Below, piece by piece: positions 25,150 through 37,533 of a DNA stretch of 45,974 nucleotides. The first letter of the stretch is position 1, and the number at the start of each line of letters is the position of its first letter. The notes below the pieces were generated by a model that worked only from the letters and a program-made list of their open reading frames with translations, searched no databases and had not been told where the DNA came from. The position numbers and the translations under genes are program-made. The DNA comes from Reclinomonas americana ATCC 50394 (taxonomy: Eukaryota), in the NCBI GenBank assembly GCA_048213135.1, contig PS015653.1:1-45974 (forward strand). The letters are read 5' to 3'.

Positions 25150-26148
25150 GTTGGTGGTGTGGAAGGGAGAGGAGGAGGAGGTGGTGGTGGCGGTGGTATT
25201 GGCGTGCAGGGAGAGGCGAGAATTGGTGGGTTTTGTAACCCGCGGGCGCCGACTCCGATGCGTGCACTCCGAAATCACGCAATATAACATTGTCGGGAAT
25301 GTATGGCGAGAGGCTCCGCGAGTAGCTCGCATTCGGATGTGCTTGTTTGTGTGTGTGTGTGTGATAGCAGGGTGTGGTTGCGGATGCGGATGCAAGTTCC
25401 ATCTTCAGCGCGCGATTGTTGGGTTCGAAATCGAATTCCTGGCCATGGGCAAGCAGCGCTGCAGCCAGCGCTAGCTGAAGGCAGGCCCAGTCACCCCGAG
25501 TCTTACATGACCTGCATACGCTTCATTGAACAGCAAACTAAGGTCTCAGCGTGCTCGGAATTCATTCGAATTCGTTTGCCCTGTCTGGATCGCTGCGCTG
25601 CGCTCCGGTTGCATTTCACGTTGTTGAGGATTTTGTTCTAATTGCTGCGAGCTACTCTTTTTTTTTTGCGGGGAGTCGGAGTACCGTCGCCGACAAGCCG
25701 CGGCCAGTGGCCGGGACAGATCGCTTGTCCGAATTCAGTCGTACATTCGAATTCACAAGTGTGCGCACTGCTGCTCCGTGACGGCTGAGTGCAACTACAT
25801 GCACACTGGTGCCTGCGCACTCAGTCGATTTCGCTCGCCACTGCGCCTGCGCCTGCAGGTCGACGTCACATATCGATTATAGATGTCGAACTTTAGATTT
25901 CATGCAATCGATCACGATATCACTGTTCATTGCAGTGCCCAGAACCCCAAATTCAACAGCGCGCACAGAAAAAGCGCCACACACACCCACTCTTACGCCC
26001 CCATTGCGCAACATTTCGAATCGGAGTTTTCGCCGAATGCGGAATATGCCACAAGGGTGACCCGACGCAAATGACCCACACAAAACAAACTATTGCGCAC
26101 TTGTCTGCAAACCGTTTGTCACCTACTTCTTTTCTTCCAGTCACTACC

Positions 26149-27559
26149 ATGAGCGCTAACCAGTACCCCACTCTCCTCTCCCCCTTCCAAGTCGGCGACC
26201 TGCAGCTCTCGCACCGCGTGGTCCTCGCACCGATGACTCGCAGCCGCACTCGCGGAGCCCCGGATTTCGTTGCGCGCTCGTTCTTTTTGCGTCACTCGCC
26301 GCGACGACTGCTGCAACTGACTCCCTCTGAACAGCTGCTGCAAGACAATGTGGCGGTGCACTTTGCACAGCGCGCCACTCCCGGTGGCCTGCTGGTAAGC
26401 GTTTTGCCCCAGTCACTCTTATTGTCTGTCTCTCTCTCTCTCAAACATGCAATGGCAGATCACTGACGCCACCAACGTCTCGCGCATGAGCACTCCCTTC
26501 AACAACGCCGTGTGCATCTGGAGCGACGAGCAAGCGGAGAGCTGGCGCGCGGTGACCGAGGCCGTGCACGCCAAGGGCGGCTACATTTTCCTGCAGCTGT
26601 GGCACGCCGGCCGTGTTGGCCACTCGGACTACACGCCCGACCACCGCCCTCCGTTTGCGCCGTCGGTCATTGAGCCGGCGGACTCGGTGCAGGTGTACGA
26701 CTCCACCGACGGCCACGTGCTGACGAACAAGAAGGCGTCGGTGCCGCAGGAGATGACGGCGGAGGATATCGCCACCACCATTGCGGAGTTCGGGCAGGGG
26801 GCGGCGCGCGCGGCGCATGCGGGCTTTGATGGCGTGGAGATCCACGGCGCCAATGGCTACCTCATTCAGCAGTTCCTCAGCGACGGCACCAACAAGCGCA
26901 CCGATGCGTACGGTGGCTCGATTGAGAACCGCATGCGCTTCTTGCTCGAGGTGCTCGAGGAAGTCAGCAAGCACTTCCCCGCCAACCGCATCGGCATTCG
27001 CCAGTCGCCCGTCACGCAGTGTTGCGTCCTCCTCTGCTGCTGCTGCTGCTGCAGCAAGACGATGAAGAAATCTGCGTACTTACTGGCTTTCTCTCGCAGA
27101 CAACGACGTGATGCACACCGACATCGAAGCCACATACCACGCGGTCGCCAAGGCCCTGAACGGCAAGTTGGCCTACGTCCACCTGTGCGACTTCAACCCG
27201 GCGGTGGCCGAGTCAAACCTCGCGCTGTTCAGCGAGTTCAAGGGGCCGCTGATGATCAACGGCGGCGTGCCGCCTGAGCAGGCCGAGAGCCTCGTTGCGT
27301 CGGGCAAGGCGCACTTCGCGTCGTTCGGGCGCCTGTTTATCGCCAACCCGGACCTCGTCGAGCGCCTTCGCATCGGCGCGCCGCTCGCGAAGCACGACTA
27401 CCCGGTACGTGCATTTGTGCGTGTGCGAAGTGTCATGATGACGCTTGGAATGCTCACCTGTTCGTGCACTTGCAGACGTGGTACGTTGGAGGCGACAAGG
27501 GCTACATCGACTACCCCACGTACACACCGGGCGAGTCTTCTGCCGCCGCCGCCGAGTAA
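26149..27559 (+). CDS. Old Yellow Enzyme / NADH:flavin oxidoreductase (classical OYE), 5 exons
   Basis: HRVVLAPMTRSR, QRATPGGLLITDAT, FLQLWHAGR, GFDGVEIHGANGYLIQQFL, NKRTDAYGGSIENRMRF, FGRLFIANPDLVERL, GYIDYP. Confidence 0.95.
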
Positions 27560-27665
27560 GCGCTAACTTGAGAGTGGATGACATGAACTGCGCTCAGCTG
27601 TGGTTGCAACACTCCGCCTACATGCACTTATTATGCACACACAAAAAATTCCTCCTCCGTCTCCT

Positions 27666-28410
27666 CTACGTCTTCTTGTACGCCGTCAACAACTCGTCGA
27701 GTTGCGCCTCGTACTTGGGCTGCAGCAGGACCTTGATCTCACGCGCCGTTTGTGACACCGCACACGGGAAACACACAATCGTCTTGCACCCATCGCCGAC
27801 CGGATCCTCCTGCACGCGACAGAGTGAGTTCTCTATCTCTTTCTCGACTGCTCGTGTGTCGTACCTTGTACTTCCACGTGTCTCGTACTCGCTTGCGCGC
27901 CTGGTACTCGTAGTACATGCAGCTGCACGGACCCATGCCTTGCGCGCGATTGAAGTCAGCATGACACTGTGAGCACACCAAAAAAATACACAAACACACA
28001 CACACACCAATCAAGCAAAACGCCAGAGGCACCAGACACGGCTTGGTGCAGATGGACTGGCGACTCGACGTGTGCACTCCGGTGGATCTGAGAGACAAAA
28101 GTCAACACACAAAATGTGTAACACAGCATGCAAGTCCGCGCAACTGATTGTAGTTCACAGCCCATTGATTCCAGCAACAGCTCCGTGCTGATGCAGACAC
28201 AATGAGCAGCGACACTAACCCACACACGCACTGTGCGACACGATTCTCACCGAGCACACCACTGTCACTCAGACATCCCCAGCAGCTCGTCTTGTAATCC
28301 GTGCGCACTGGTGCCCCGCGGTCGCTGCCCATGGACGACGTCCGCACAGGACGCGTGGTAGACGCACTGCCACTGCTGGAGGCAGCCGGCGCCTTCTTCC
28401 CCGATGACAT
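27666..28410 (-). CDS. PLAC8 family Cys-rich protein
   Basis: YKTSCWGCLSD, SCCWNQW, ARKRVRDTWKYKEDPVGDGCKTIVCFPCAVSQTAREIK (D C...C.PCA..Q..RE signature). Confidence 0.8.
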
Positions 28411-28521
28411 TTGTGCTTCGTTGGGTGATCACGTGATGGACAGAGCGAGCGTGAACTGCCTTCTGTCCACACGCACGCACTCTCTCTCTCTCTCGCTTTA
28501 CGCTGCGCCCGCGTCGCCCGC

Positions 28522-31500
28522 ATGAGTGGACGTGAGAGCGGTGGCGGTGGCGGCGACGATGACCGTCGCACACATCAAGTGGCGCGCATGCCGACGTGGG
28601 CGGCTGGTATCGATGAGCCACCTGCCGTGGTGCCACCTGTCGCCACTGCCGCGGCAAGTGGTAGTGGTGCGACACATGGAGCTGCTGCTCGTGTGCGTGG
28701 CAGCCATGGTGGCGCAGAGTCTGACTCAGACTGCGATGATGATGATGATGAGGATGAGGATGAGGATGTGAGTGATTTGGATGGTGAAGCCAATGTTCTG
28801 CTGCGTTTGGCGCGCATTTCGCTGGAGGCGGTTGATCGGCAGCAGCAGCCGGAGGCTGGCGAGAAGCGGTGTTTTGTGCGGGCGCTGGTGCAGGAGGATC
28901 GAGGGGATTCGACAGTGACAACGGCGGTTCGGGTGGGACAACCGGCGGCACGTGGAGCAAGTGCGGCTGGCAAGGCAGAGGAGGTGCACCGCACGCGACT
29001 GCTGCGACAGATGCACGGTGCTTCGCTGGGCGGGCAGGGCGATGAGGTGTGTTGTGTTGACCAGTGACCACTTGTCTCTGTGTGACACGCAGTCACACGT
29101 GGTGTGTTTGCCAGGGCGAGGAGGCGGCATTCGTCGTGCGACCGTCGCGGCGGCCACGGTTGGTGCTGCAGCTAATCGACGAGGACACCGATGCCGTGAT
29201 GGCGCAGAGTTCAGCCACGCCGCTGTTGGCCTCCACCGACAGTGGAATGCTGTTGCCGCCGATCGGTTCGGGAGCGCCGGCACACCAAAATCTGACCGGT
29301 ATCACGCTGCAGCCAGTGGGGCCGTCCTCACGCTTCCGTGTCAGCATTGACGGTGTGGTGTCGCCCGTCGCCTTTGGCATGTCACCGGTCAAGCGTGGTC
29401 GACCGCCCACCACGGGCAACCGTCCACCGCCGGGCCAGCGATCGATGTTGAACACGCCATTACAGGTGTGTGTGTGTGTGTGACCCAACTCATCCACCTT
29501 CTCATGCCTTGTTTCTTCCTCCCCTCAGGGCCAGCATCCGGCCTGTCGCATTATCAAGATTCACGCCCACTGCGCGTCGCCGCTACCGATCAGCGCGGCC
29601 ATGGCCTCGGTGGCGTTCCAGGTGGTGGAACACGTCGTCGAAGTGGCAGAGTCGCGTGACGGCGACGGCGTGGTTCGTGTTCGTGCCGATGCCGAGGTGG
29701 AAGCGGTGGCGGTGGAGGGCCAGTGTGCGCGGTGGCGGAGAACGATTGAATTGAGTCTGCCTGAAGAGGTGCGAGGCGGCGACTGCACGCGCTGATACCA
29801 CAGTCTGTGTAACACTGCGTGGGGAATTCCTTGTGTGAGCAGGATCTGGCCAGTGGAGCCAGCGTGGGTCTGCGAGTACAGGTGCGCTTGCACGGCGCCG
29901 ACGGTCGTGTGAGCGATGGTCTGCGTTTCGTCATTCCGTTCCACTGCTTGACATCGTCGCACACGTTGCGTCCAGCGTGTCTGAGGGCAGCTGTTGTATT
30001 ACCTTTGTCTTCAACCACTGCCCGCGCACAGGCACAATCTGGAGGTCGTCAGTCGCGACGGTGTGCGACTGTATCTGACGCTGCAGGTGGAGCGCTTCCG
30101 TGAGGAGGACATTGTTTTGTTTGAGGAGCGACCGTCACTTCGCCGACTAGGGGTACGTGTGCGCGGCATGTCGTTGTGCCTCTCTTCCTCGTTCGTGTGT
30201 GGGTAACACTGTACTTGTGCAGGTGTCCATCATGATGCTCGACGGTGAACTGGCGGCCGCCGGTGTCGTGAGCGACTTTGTGCCGGTGGTATCGGTGATG
30301 CCTGACATGACCATCTTCAAGTCCAGCATCAGAAGAGTTTCGCGATGCCGTCTTCTTGTTGGTGGGTCTGCGCTGGCCTGACACTCTCTGTGCTTGCATG
30401 TGCGCAGGGTTCCTACTCGATCAACTTGCCAGTGTCGACGGTGCACTTGTCGGAGGCGAATCCGTTTGAGAGTCTTGTTTCGTACACCCATCCAGCCAGC
30501 CGTGTTCCTCGGTGTCACTGCTGCTGCTGCTGCTCACAACGCGGGGGTGATGCAGGGGTTTGTCGCAAGTCCATTCCTCTCCAAACCACAAGTGCTCTTT
30601 CCGGGAAGTGTTCGCTCGTCGATGGTGGAGTTCAACGAGCGCTGCGTATTCGTGCAAGATCAGGTGTGTGTAGCATGCAGGGAGCGAGTCCTTGTTTCAC
30701 GACGTGCTCACGTTCTGCACAGGCAACACTCGGTCCCAACACGCACGTGGTGGTGCAATTATTCGAGCGCACCTTTCCGCAACCGGTTTGACACTGTCTG
30801 TGCTTCTCTCTCTGCTCGTGTGTTTGTCGCTCATCGCATGCCATCGCGCAGCCGGACGAGGAAGGCGAGCACTCGTTGGGCGCCAAGCTGCGCGCTTTCG
30901 TGTCCATTCCGATATCAGAGATTGCGGCGCCGGAGAACATGACACCCGAGGTCAGCGCTCGCGCACTTCACCATGTACCTTGTGCAATCCTGACAGCACG
31001 TGTGGTGTGGTGCAGGGATGCCTCGAGTGTAGTGCACGTTGCAAGTTGCGAGTCGTCGGTGCTTCGGATTACCACATGGAGGAAAAGTGTGGGGTACGTG
31101 TTGTGTTGTTCATGCCGTCCACTCCACACTGTCGCCGTGGCGTGACTTGGAATGGATGCGATGCAGCTCCATGTGAAAACGGCACTGTGGGTTGGAGAAA
31201 AGTACCTGGTCAAACTGCGGCGTGAGTCCGCTGGCCTCGTCCGTCCCGTCTCCTCCGTGTTCTCCGATCCTGTCAAATCACCCTCGTCTCCCAACGTCGA
31301 CGACGGCCGGCTCTCGCGGCAAAGTAGCCTCGGGCGCAATAGGTTTGCCTGGTGGAGATGGGTGACAGCGGTGAAGGAGGCTGACTATTCCACGCACTCG
31401 CAGCTTTCTGAATCCACGAAGCTCACGAATGGCCGGTGGACGACCTCCCAGTGAACAATCACCGCGTGTCGCGGCCGACGGCAATATGGGTGGTGCGTAC

Positions 31501-33819
31501 GATGGCGATGCAGCGGTCACTTTGCATGCGTGGTTCAACTCTTATATTGCGTGCGTGTCCATTAGCATCACCGGGAAAACGCCCGACCACCTCCGACTTG
31601 CCTCCACGCTCCGGCCGGCCGCGTGCAGGCATGTGTGGCAGAGAATGCGCAGCCGCAGTTGTTTTCTCCTGGGTACTCACACCCCTGCGATTGCTCTTGT
31701 CGTGCCACCAGACGGAGACAATCCCGTTCCCATTATGCGATCGCCGGCTGAGCACGACAGATTAGTGCCGCACGGCAGCGGAGCCAACACGAATCGTTCA
31801 TTGTCGTCGTCGCCACCTGCGGAGCGACCCAACGTGCGCAGCCGCTCCTCTTCCGATTCGCCGGCGTACCAGAAGCCCCCGAGGTACATTTGTACTGATG
31901 CACCCAAGGAGCTTTCCGACAATCACTGACTGCATTGTTGCCGAGTAGCCGGGGTCGACCGGACATGCCGGCTCTGCCGCTGCCACAGGGTGGCACGGGA
32001 GGACTTGCACCACCGGGCATGGGCAAACCACCTACTGGTGCGCTGTCTCCCGGCAGTGCTCGATCACAGCACTCGAGTGGTGGTGGGCGGCCACCGCCGG
32101 CGACTGATCGGTGTGTATTCCACGCTACTGTCCGTATCGTCATTGCCAACGTACTCATTATCTCTTTCATATCACAGCGGCACTCCTGGAGAGGCGCTAG
32201 CATCGTCGCAGCGATCCTCGGGGACCAACAGCTCGGCAAGAAGCAGCAGTGGGGGCACGGAACCGTCGCCCTACGAGAGCATCATCACTGGCAAGGACGC
32301 GGTGATTAGCTCGTTGTTGCACCAGTTGGACGATCAGTCGGAGCATGTTGCACAGGCATGTGGTGATGCCACTCTACATGTCGCCATGTGTGTCCACTCA
32401 CGGGTCTTGCATTCGTCAGGTGACGGCCGAGAACGCCGCACTGCGTGCAGAAGTGCAGCGGCTGGAGGCTCAGGTGGACCAGTTCGACACGTCGCATCTC
32501 GATACGGCGCGCCCGCTGGAGCACTTGTCGCGAGAGCAGGTGATGGAGGAGCATCGGACTGCGCTGTCGGAGATTCGGCGACTGCAGTCACTGGCGGACC
32601 GGTACGAACTCAAGATCCAAGGCCTGCAGAACGAGATCATTCGCGGCAACGAGGCCTCGAAACGCCTCATCGAGTTGGAGCAGGCGCACATGATCCAGAG
32701 CACGATTCTGCAGAAACTGCAGAGCAAGAATGCTCGTCTCGAAAAGTACCGTCAGACGGCGCAGAAGCAGGAGGAGGTGATTGAGCGACTGGAAAAGGTG
32801 TTGGAGGTCACTGTGAGGCGATGTTGCGTTTGGTGGGGGGAGGGGCGTGCGCATCGACTGCGTCGATGTCACTCACTCGTGATGGGTGGGGTGTTCGACA
32901 GATCAAGGCGGCTCCACCACTCCCACCTCCAGTCCGTCGAAGGGTGGGAGCGCAGCCGACGAGCCGGGCGACGTGGCCGAGCTGCGCCGAGAGAAGGCGC
33001 AGTTGATGAAGGAGAAGGCGGCGCTGCTGGCCGAGCAGGCCAAGTGGGGAAGCGAGAAGTCGCAGCTCACCATGGAGAACGCTCGTCTGCAGCGACTGTC
33101 GAAGCAAGGACCTGGAGCCGAAGGAGCCAAGTGCGTACACCCCCCCCCCCCCCTTCCCCCCGCACTCTGTGATTGCTTGACGTGATATCTCACGATTGCC
33201 GCGGAGCAGCGGAGAACCGCCGTCTGCAGATGCCATGCAAGAGCTGACCAAGTTGCGCGAGGAGAAGCAGACGCTGACCGCAGAAAAGTTCGCCATGGCG
33301 ATGCGAGCCGAAAAGGCCGAGTCCAAAGTGCGTGCCATGGAGGAACAGGTGCGTCCGCGTGCTGGCTGCGTCCTGCGTGCACCTGTCTCTGATGCGCCTC
33401 CTGTGCAGATGATGGAGAACGCCCGCAAGTTTTCGAAAGAAATGTCGGCACTACGCATCAAGATGGCATCGCAGCAAAAGGGTGCGCCCAACGGTGCAGG
33501 CGGTGCTGGTGCCTCGGCCATGCTCACGTACCCACCGGGTCCGAATGCTGGAGCCGCCGCCTCCGGTGTGACGCTGAGTGTATCTCCACCTCCCAGCATC
33601 GGAGGAACGTCGAGCGTCGGCTCACGCTCGCCACAGCCGCCAGGTGGTGAGTACGCATATTTCAACACCCCTCTGCTCTCTTCTCTTGCTCCTTCTTGTT
33701 TAAAACTGGCCTCCTCGCATGCAGCACCGGCTCCACTCGACAGACCACGAGTGTCGGTGGCCGGCATCAAGCCACCGCCGCCATCGTTCAGACCACCGGG
33801 CGCCGCCAAGCCCCCATAG
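28522..33819 (+). CDS. CCDC33: CCDC33-like protein (C2-like domains + C-terminal coiled coil)
   Basis: Beta-rich C2-like exons. Coiled coil LQNEIIRGNE...LEKYRQTAQKQEEVIERLEKVLE and AEKAESKVRAMEEQMMENARKFSKE match recalled CCDC33 blocks (LQNELIRKND...QEKVIEKMERVLE; ESQLEDSARRWGRE). Confidence 0.75.
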
Positions 33820-33947
33820 CCCGACTGGATGCAAGTGTGTACTATACGCTCCAGAAGTATGCCTGTACGAATGTTGTTGATATGAATGAAGACGGAGACC
33901 ACGAATGAAGGAGAAGTCCTGCGTCCGCCACAGATCTTGCTGCGGAG

Positions 33948-35426
33948 ATGCCAGTGTTCACCACCGAGTTCTCTGGCTACTCGGTGTGTGCCTCTGTTGC
34001 ACCGTCTGCTCACACAACGCACACGCTCTCTCATACACACGCTCATCACCAGGTCGAGTTTTCGCCCTTTGAGGAGACGCGTCTGGCCGTGTCGACCGCG
34101 CAGCACTTTGGCATTGTGGGCAACGGACGGCAGTATGTGCTCGACGTGAACACCGACGAGGGAGTGATTGAGACAGTGCACACGTTTGATTCGAGTTGCG
34201 TTGTGTGGTGACGAGAGATGCATGCTTGAAGTGTGTGTGACCCTCTCTCTCTCTTTCTCTCTGTCAGACGATGGCCTGTACGACTGTGCGTGGAGCGAGG
34301 AGAACGAGAACCACCTGGTCAGTGTCAGTGGCGACGGAAGTGTCAAGGTGAGACCGTTGCTTTCACTCCCTCCGGCACATCGGAGGAGGCGCATTGACTG
34401 CGTGTTGTGCACAGATCTGGGACTTGGAAGCTCTGGAGAACCCACTCAAGAGCTACGCAGAGCACCAGAACGAGGCGTATTCAGTGGACTGGAACCTCGT
34501 CGGTTGCGTGCTTGGGTATGCTTGATCGTTCCTTGCCACACGTCTCACCGTTTTGCAGGCAAGGACACGTTTGTGACGGGTTCGTGGGATGAGACTGTGC
34601 GAGTGTGGTCGCTGGAGCAGGATAAGAGCTTGCGAGCGTACGAGGAGCACACGTACTGCGTGTACTCGACGATTTGGTCGCCAAGCGACGCCAATGTGTT
34701 TGCGTCGGCCTCGGGCGATTGCTCGGTCAAGATCTGGGACGTGAATGGTTTGGTTGTTGTGCGGCGATGCGCAGGTGGCGACACACACACGATCACCTGA
34801 CTTTTGTTGCGCATGGGTACGCAGAGTTGCACTCGGTGCAGACCCTGAAGGCGCACGACTACGAGATTCTCACGTGCGACTGGAACAAGTACAATGACAA
34901 CATTCTCGTGACCGGCTCCGTCGACAAAACGATTAGGATATGGGTGCGTGGTGCTCGTTTTCTGTGGGGTTGCTGCGTCACCTCACCACATGCCTCGCAG
35001 GACCTACGCGCACCCGAGCAAGAATTGTCGACGCTGCGTGGCCACACGTATGCGGTGCGTCGCATCAAGTGCTCACCACACGAGGAGAACATTCTCGCTT
35101 CGTGCTCCTAGTTGCGCCGCGGATGCAGCTCGCTCTCACAAGCATGCATGCCTGTGTGTACTCACGCGCTGTTGTCACAGCGACATGACGATGATTGTGT
35201 GGGACACGGAGGCGCGTGACCCCATCTTGCACAAGCACGAACATCACACCGAGTTCGTGGTCGGTCTGGACTGGAACCTCTACGTGGAGGGTCAGGTGCG
35301 GGCGTGCTTATTTTCTTCTATTGGCATCTGTGATGTCGCTCAATGCAGCTGCAGGTGGCCACGTGTGGCTGGGACGAAAAGGTGTGCGTGTGGGAACTCG
35401 GAGAAGATCCGCTTGCCAGGTCGTGA
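33948..35426 (+). CDS. PEX7: Peroxisomal targeting signal 2 receptor (WD40), 9 exons
   Basis: GYSVEFSPF...LAVSTAQHFGIVGNG, NDGLYDCAWSE, SGDGSVKIWD, AHDYEILTCDWNKY, GHTYAVRRIKCSPH, SCSYDMT, HHTEFVVGLDWN. Confidence 0.95.
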
Positions 35427-35561
35427 TCTCCCATCGCAGCGTTGGTGGCGATGACCATGGCAGGGGGGGATTGGACAGTAAAGAGACGATAGAAGGATGG
35501 TGTGTGAAGCCTCAACATCCATTGTTTTCGTGTCACTGCAGCTCCACCGGCCATTGTTGGC

Positions 35562-37459
35562 TCATGTGCGCGACGCGGGCGCATGAGTGCTCGCGCATTC
35601 TGCGCGGTAGTCGACCGGAATGTGTGGTCGCATTCGGCGATCAAAGGCCTCCAGCGGGCACAACAGCGACGAGGAGCCGGGAACCCACAGGTCGCGCCCG
35701 TCGTGTGCCACACGGAGCAGGGTGCTTGGCGCAGCCGGATTGGAGGTGTCTTCGTACACCTCGAACACCAAGGCCGAGCAGTACGGCGGCCACGGCGAGG
35801 CAGTGTACACGTGCATCACATCCTCCGGTCCAGGACCCGTCTCCACGCCGTCGACCAGATTGTTGTTGTTGTTGTTGTTATTGGCATGATTGTTCTTCTC
35901 GGCCGCGTTGGCCGGGACGTGCAGCTGCAGCGCAGCGAGGAGGGGCAAAATCGTGCTGTCGTGCGCGGTGAAGAGTAGCAATCGCGGTCTGTCACACGGA
36001 GACGTGTGAATAAAACGGCTTGCACACACAGGCAGATGCGAGTGACTCTCACCCCGATCGCGCGTGGTCCCGGGCAATGTGGATAATGTCGTCCACCAGG
36101 CTGCCAGAAGAGAGAAGGACGTCAGCGACAACTCAACTCACCACCTTTGCGCGTTTGTTTGACCACACGCAACCGTCCCATGGCCAGGCGGCTGAGCTCC
36201 GGATCGGCGTACCACGTCCACCAGCGCGCACGGTTGATCTCGGCCGCCAACTCCAAGTCGGCGGCAGTCAGTGGCGCCGGGAACGGCATTCCGTGCTCAT
36301 AGCGACACCGCAACAGCTCATGCACGCCGGTCCACGACACGTGCTCTCCCTCGGGAATGTCGTAGGCCTTGGCGATTTAAACAGCAAGTGAGACAGCGGC
36401 GATGCAAAGGGAGGGCTTGTAGGTACACGAACCTGCCGCACACGTTGCGACAATTCACGCTCGGCCTCGCCGACCTCACGCACGCGATCACGACGAGTGT
36501 GCGCGCGCAACAGACTGGCGAAACGAGCACACTTGCGATCCGAGTTGGACAGGAGCGTCTCGCGATCCCACAAGCGCACATTGATCGGCACCGTGGTGTG
36601 CAACTGCGCCGGCTCCGCCGTCTCCCGATCGATCCAGTTGGTGGCGGGAGGCGGATACAGCCCGAGCACCACATTCTGCGCCGTCTGCACCGTGCGCGAG
36701 AAACCAGTGCTCCTCACAAACAGCGCCGACCGATTCTCGTCTGCAACGACACCCCACCGCACGTCAGCACACGCACAGCGCAGGAAACGACGACGCCGCA
36801 AGCAACACTCGCCAGTGAGACTCGCCGGCAGCAGTCCGTAGTACTCGACGTACAGCTCCCGCAGTGCGTGACCCACGCCACGCGCCTGCGCCGCTCCGCG
36901 TGTGGTCAGCTCTCCCAGCGGATGCCGTCGGCTAAAGTTCACCGCGTAGCTCTCGTTCGGGTTCTCGTCTCTGCGCGCGCACGTGGATCGACGTGAGCGG
37001 GGAAGACGTGTGAGGCAATCATCCATGATGGGGAAAACCACGCAGCTGCACCGGCGGGCAGTTGTCGTCCCAGGCCAGCCGGTCATCGGCCGACGGAAGC
37101 GATCGCAGCCAGTACGCTCGCTCCTCCTCTGTCACGCGATAGGCGCGACCCAGCGACTCACTGACAGGCGCACGATCACCATGCCTGCACCGCAGATGCA
37201 TCCTTCTGTCAACAACACAGCTTTCTCGCGACAAAGCACAGCACACAGACCGCATAATGACAATCACACGACGGAGGTGCACGTTGGGCGGCAGTGGCAA
37301 GCGACGCGGAACGTGCTGCTCGGCCACCGACGCACTCGGCGTCGTCTCCGCAAAGAGCGTGTATCGACTGTGCGCTCGCCGCTGCGACAGGAAGAGCCAC
37401 AGCGCCGCACCTGCAGTGCTCACACAGAGCCCAGAGCGGGCGGCCTGCGCGAGAGACAT
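35562..37459 (-). CDS. Histidine acid phosphatase (branch 2, ACP6-like)
   Basis: Spliced RHGDRAP, GELTTRG, FVRSTGFSRTVQTAQ, LFTAHDSTI, WPPYCSALVFE. The N-terminus is hydrophobic/basic and resembles a targeting peptide. Confidence 0.9.
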
Positions 37460-37533
37460 GCGAGGAACAAACTTAAAGGATGACGGTCCCGCTCTTGATT
37501 GACTTGTTCCCTTCACGCGCGCGCACACACACC

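Noticed and set aside
25440-25456. About 16-nt gapped match to the reverse complement of the window end (TGGCCATGGG(G)CAAGCA)
   Set aside because: It does not extend on the side that can be checked, and a match of this length is expected by chance in a 46-kb self-comparison.
32808-34445. 545-aa minus-strand ORF (similarly 11091-12290 on +, 45041-45919 on -)
   Set aside because: Antisense shadows of real genes (CCDC33/PEX7, the kinase, the retroelement) in GC-rich, stop-poor DNA; no recognisable motifs.
34195-35180. Reading GTTGCG sites as non-canonical G|TT donors
   Set aside because: In PEX7 and other conserved genes only cleavage before the G keeps frame and conserved residues with the AG acceptor, so these are GT-AG introns.
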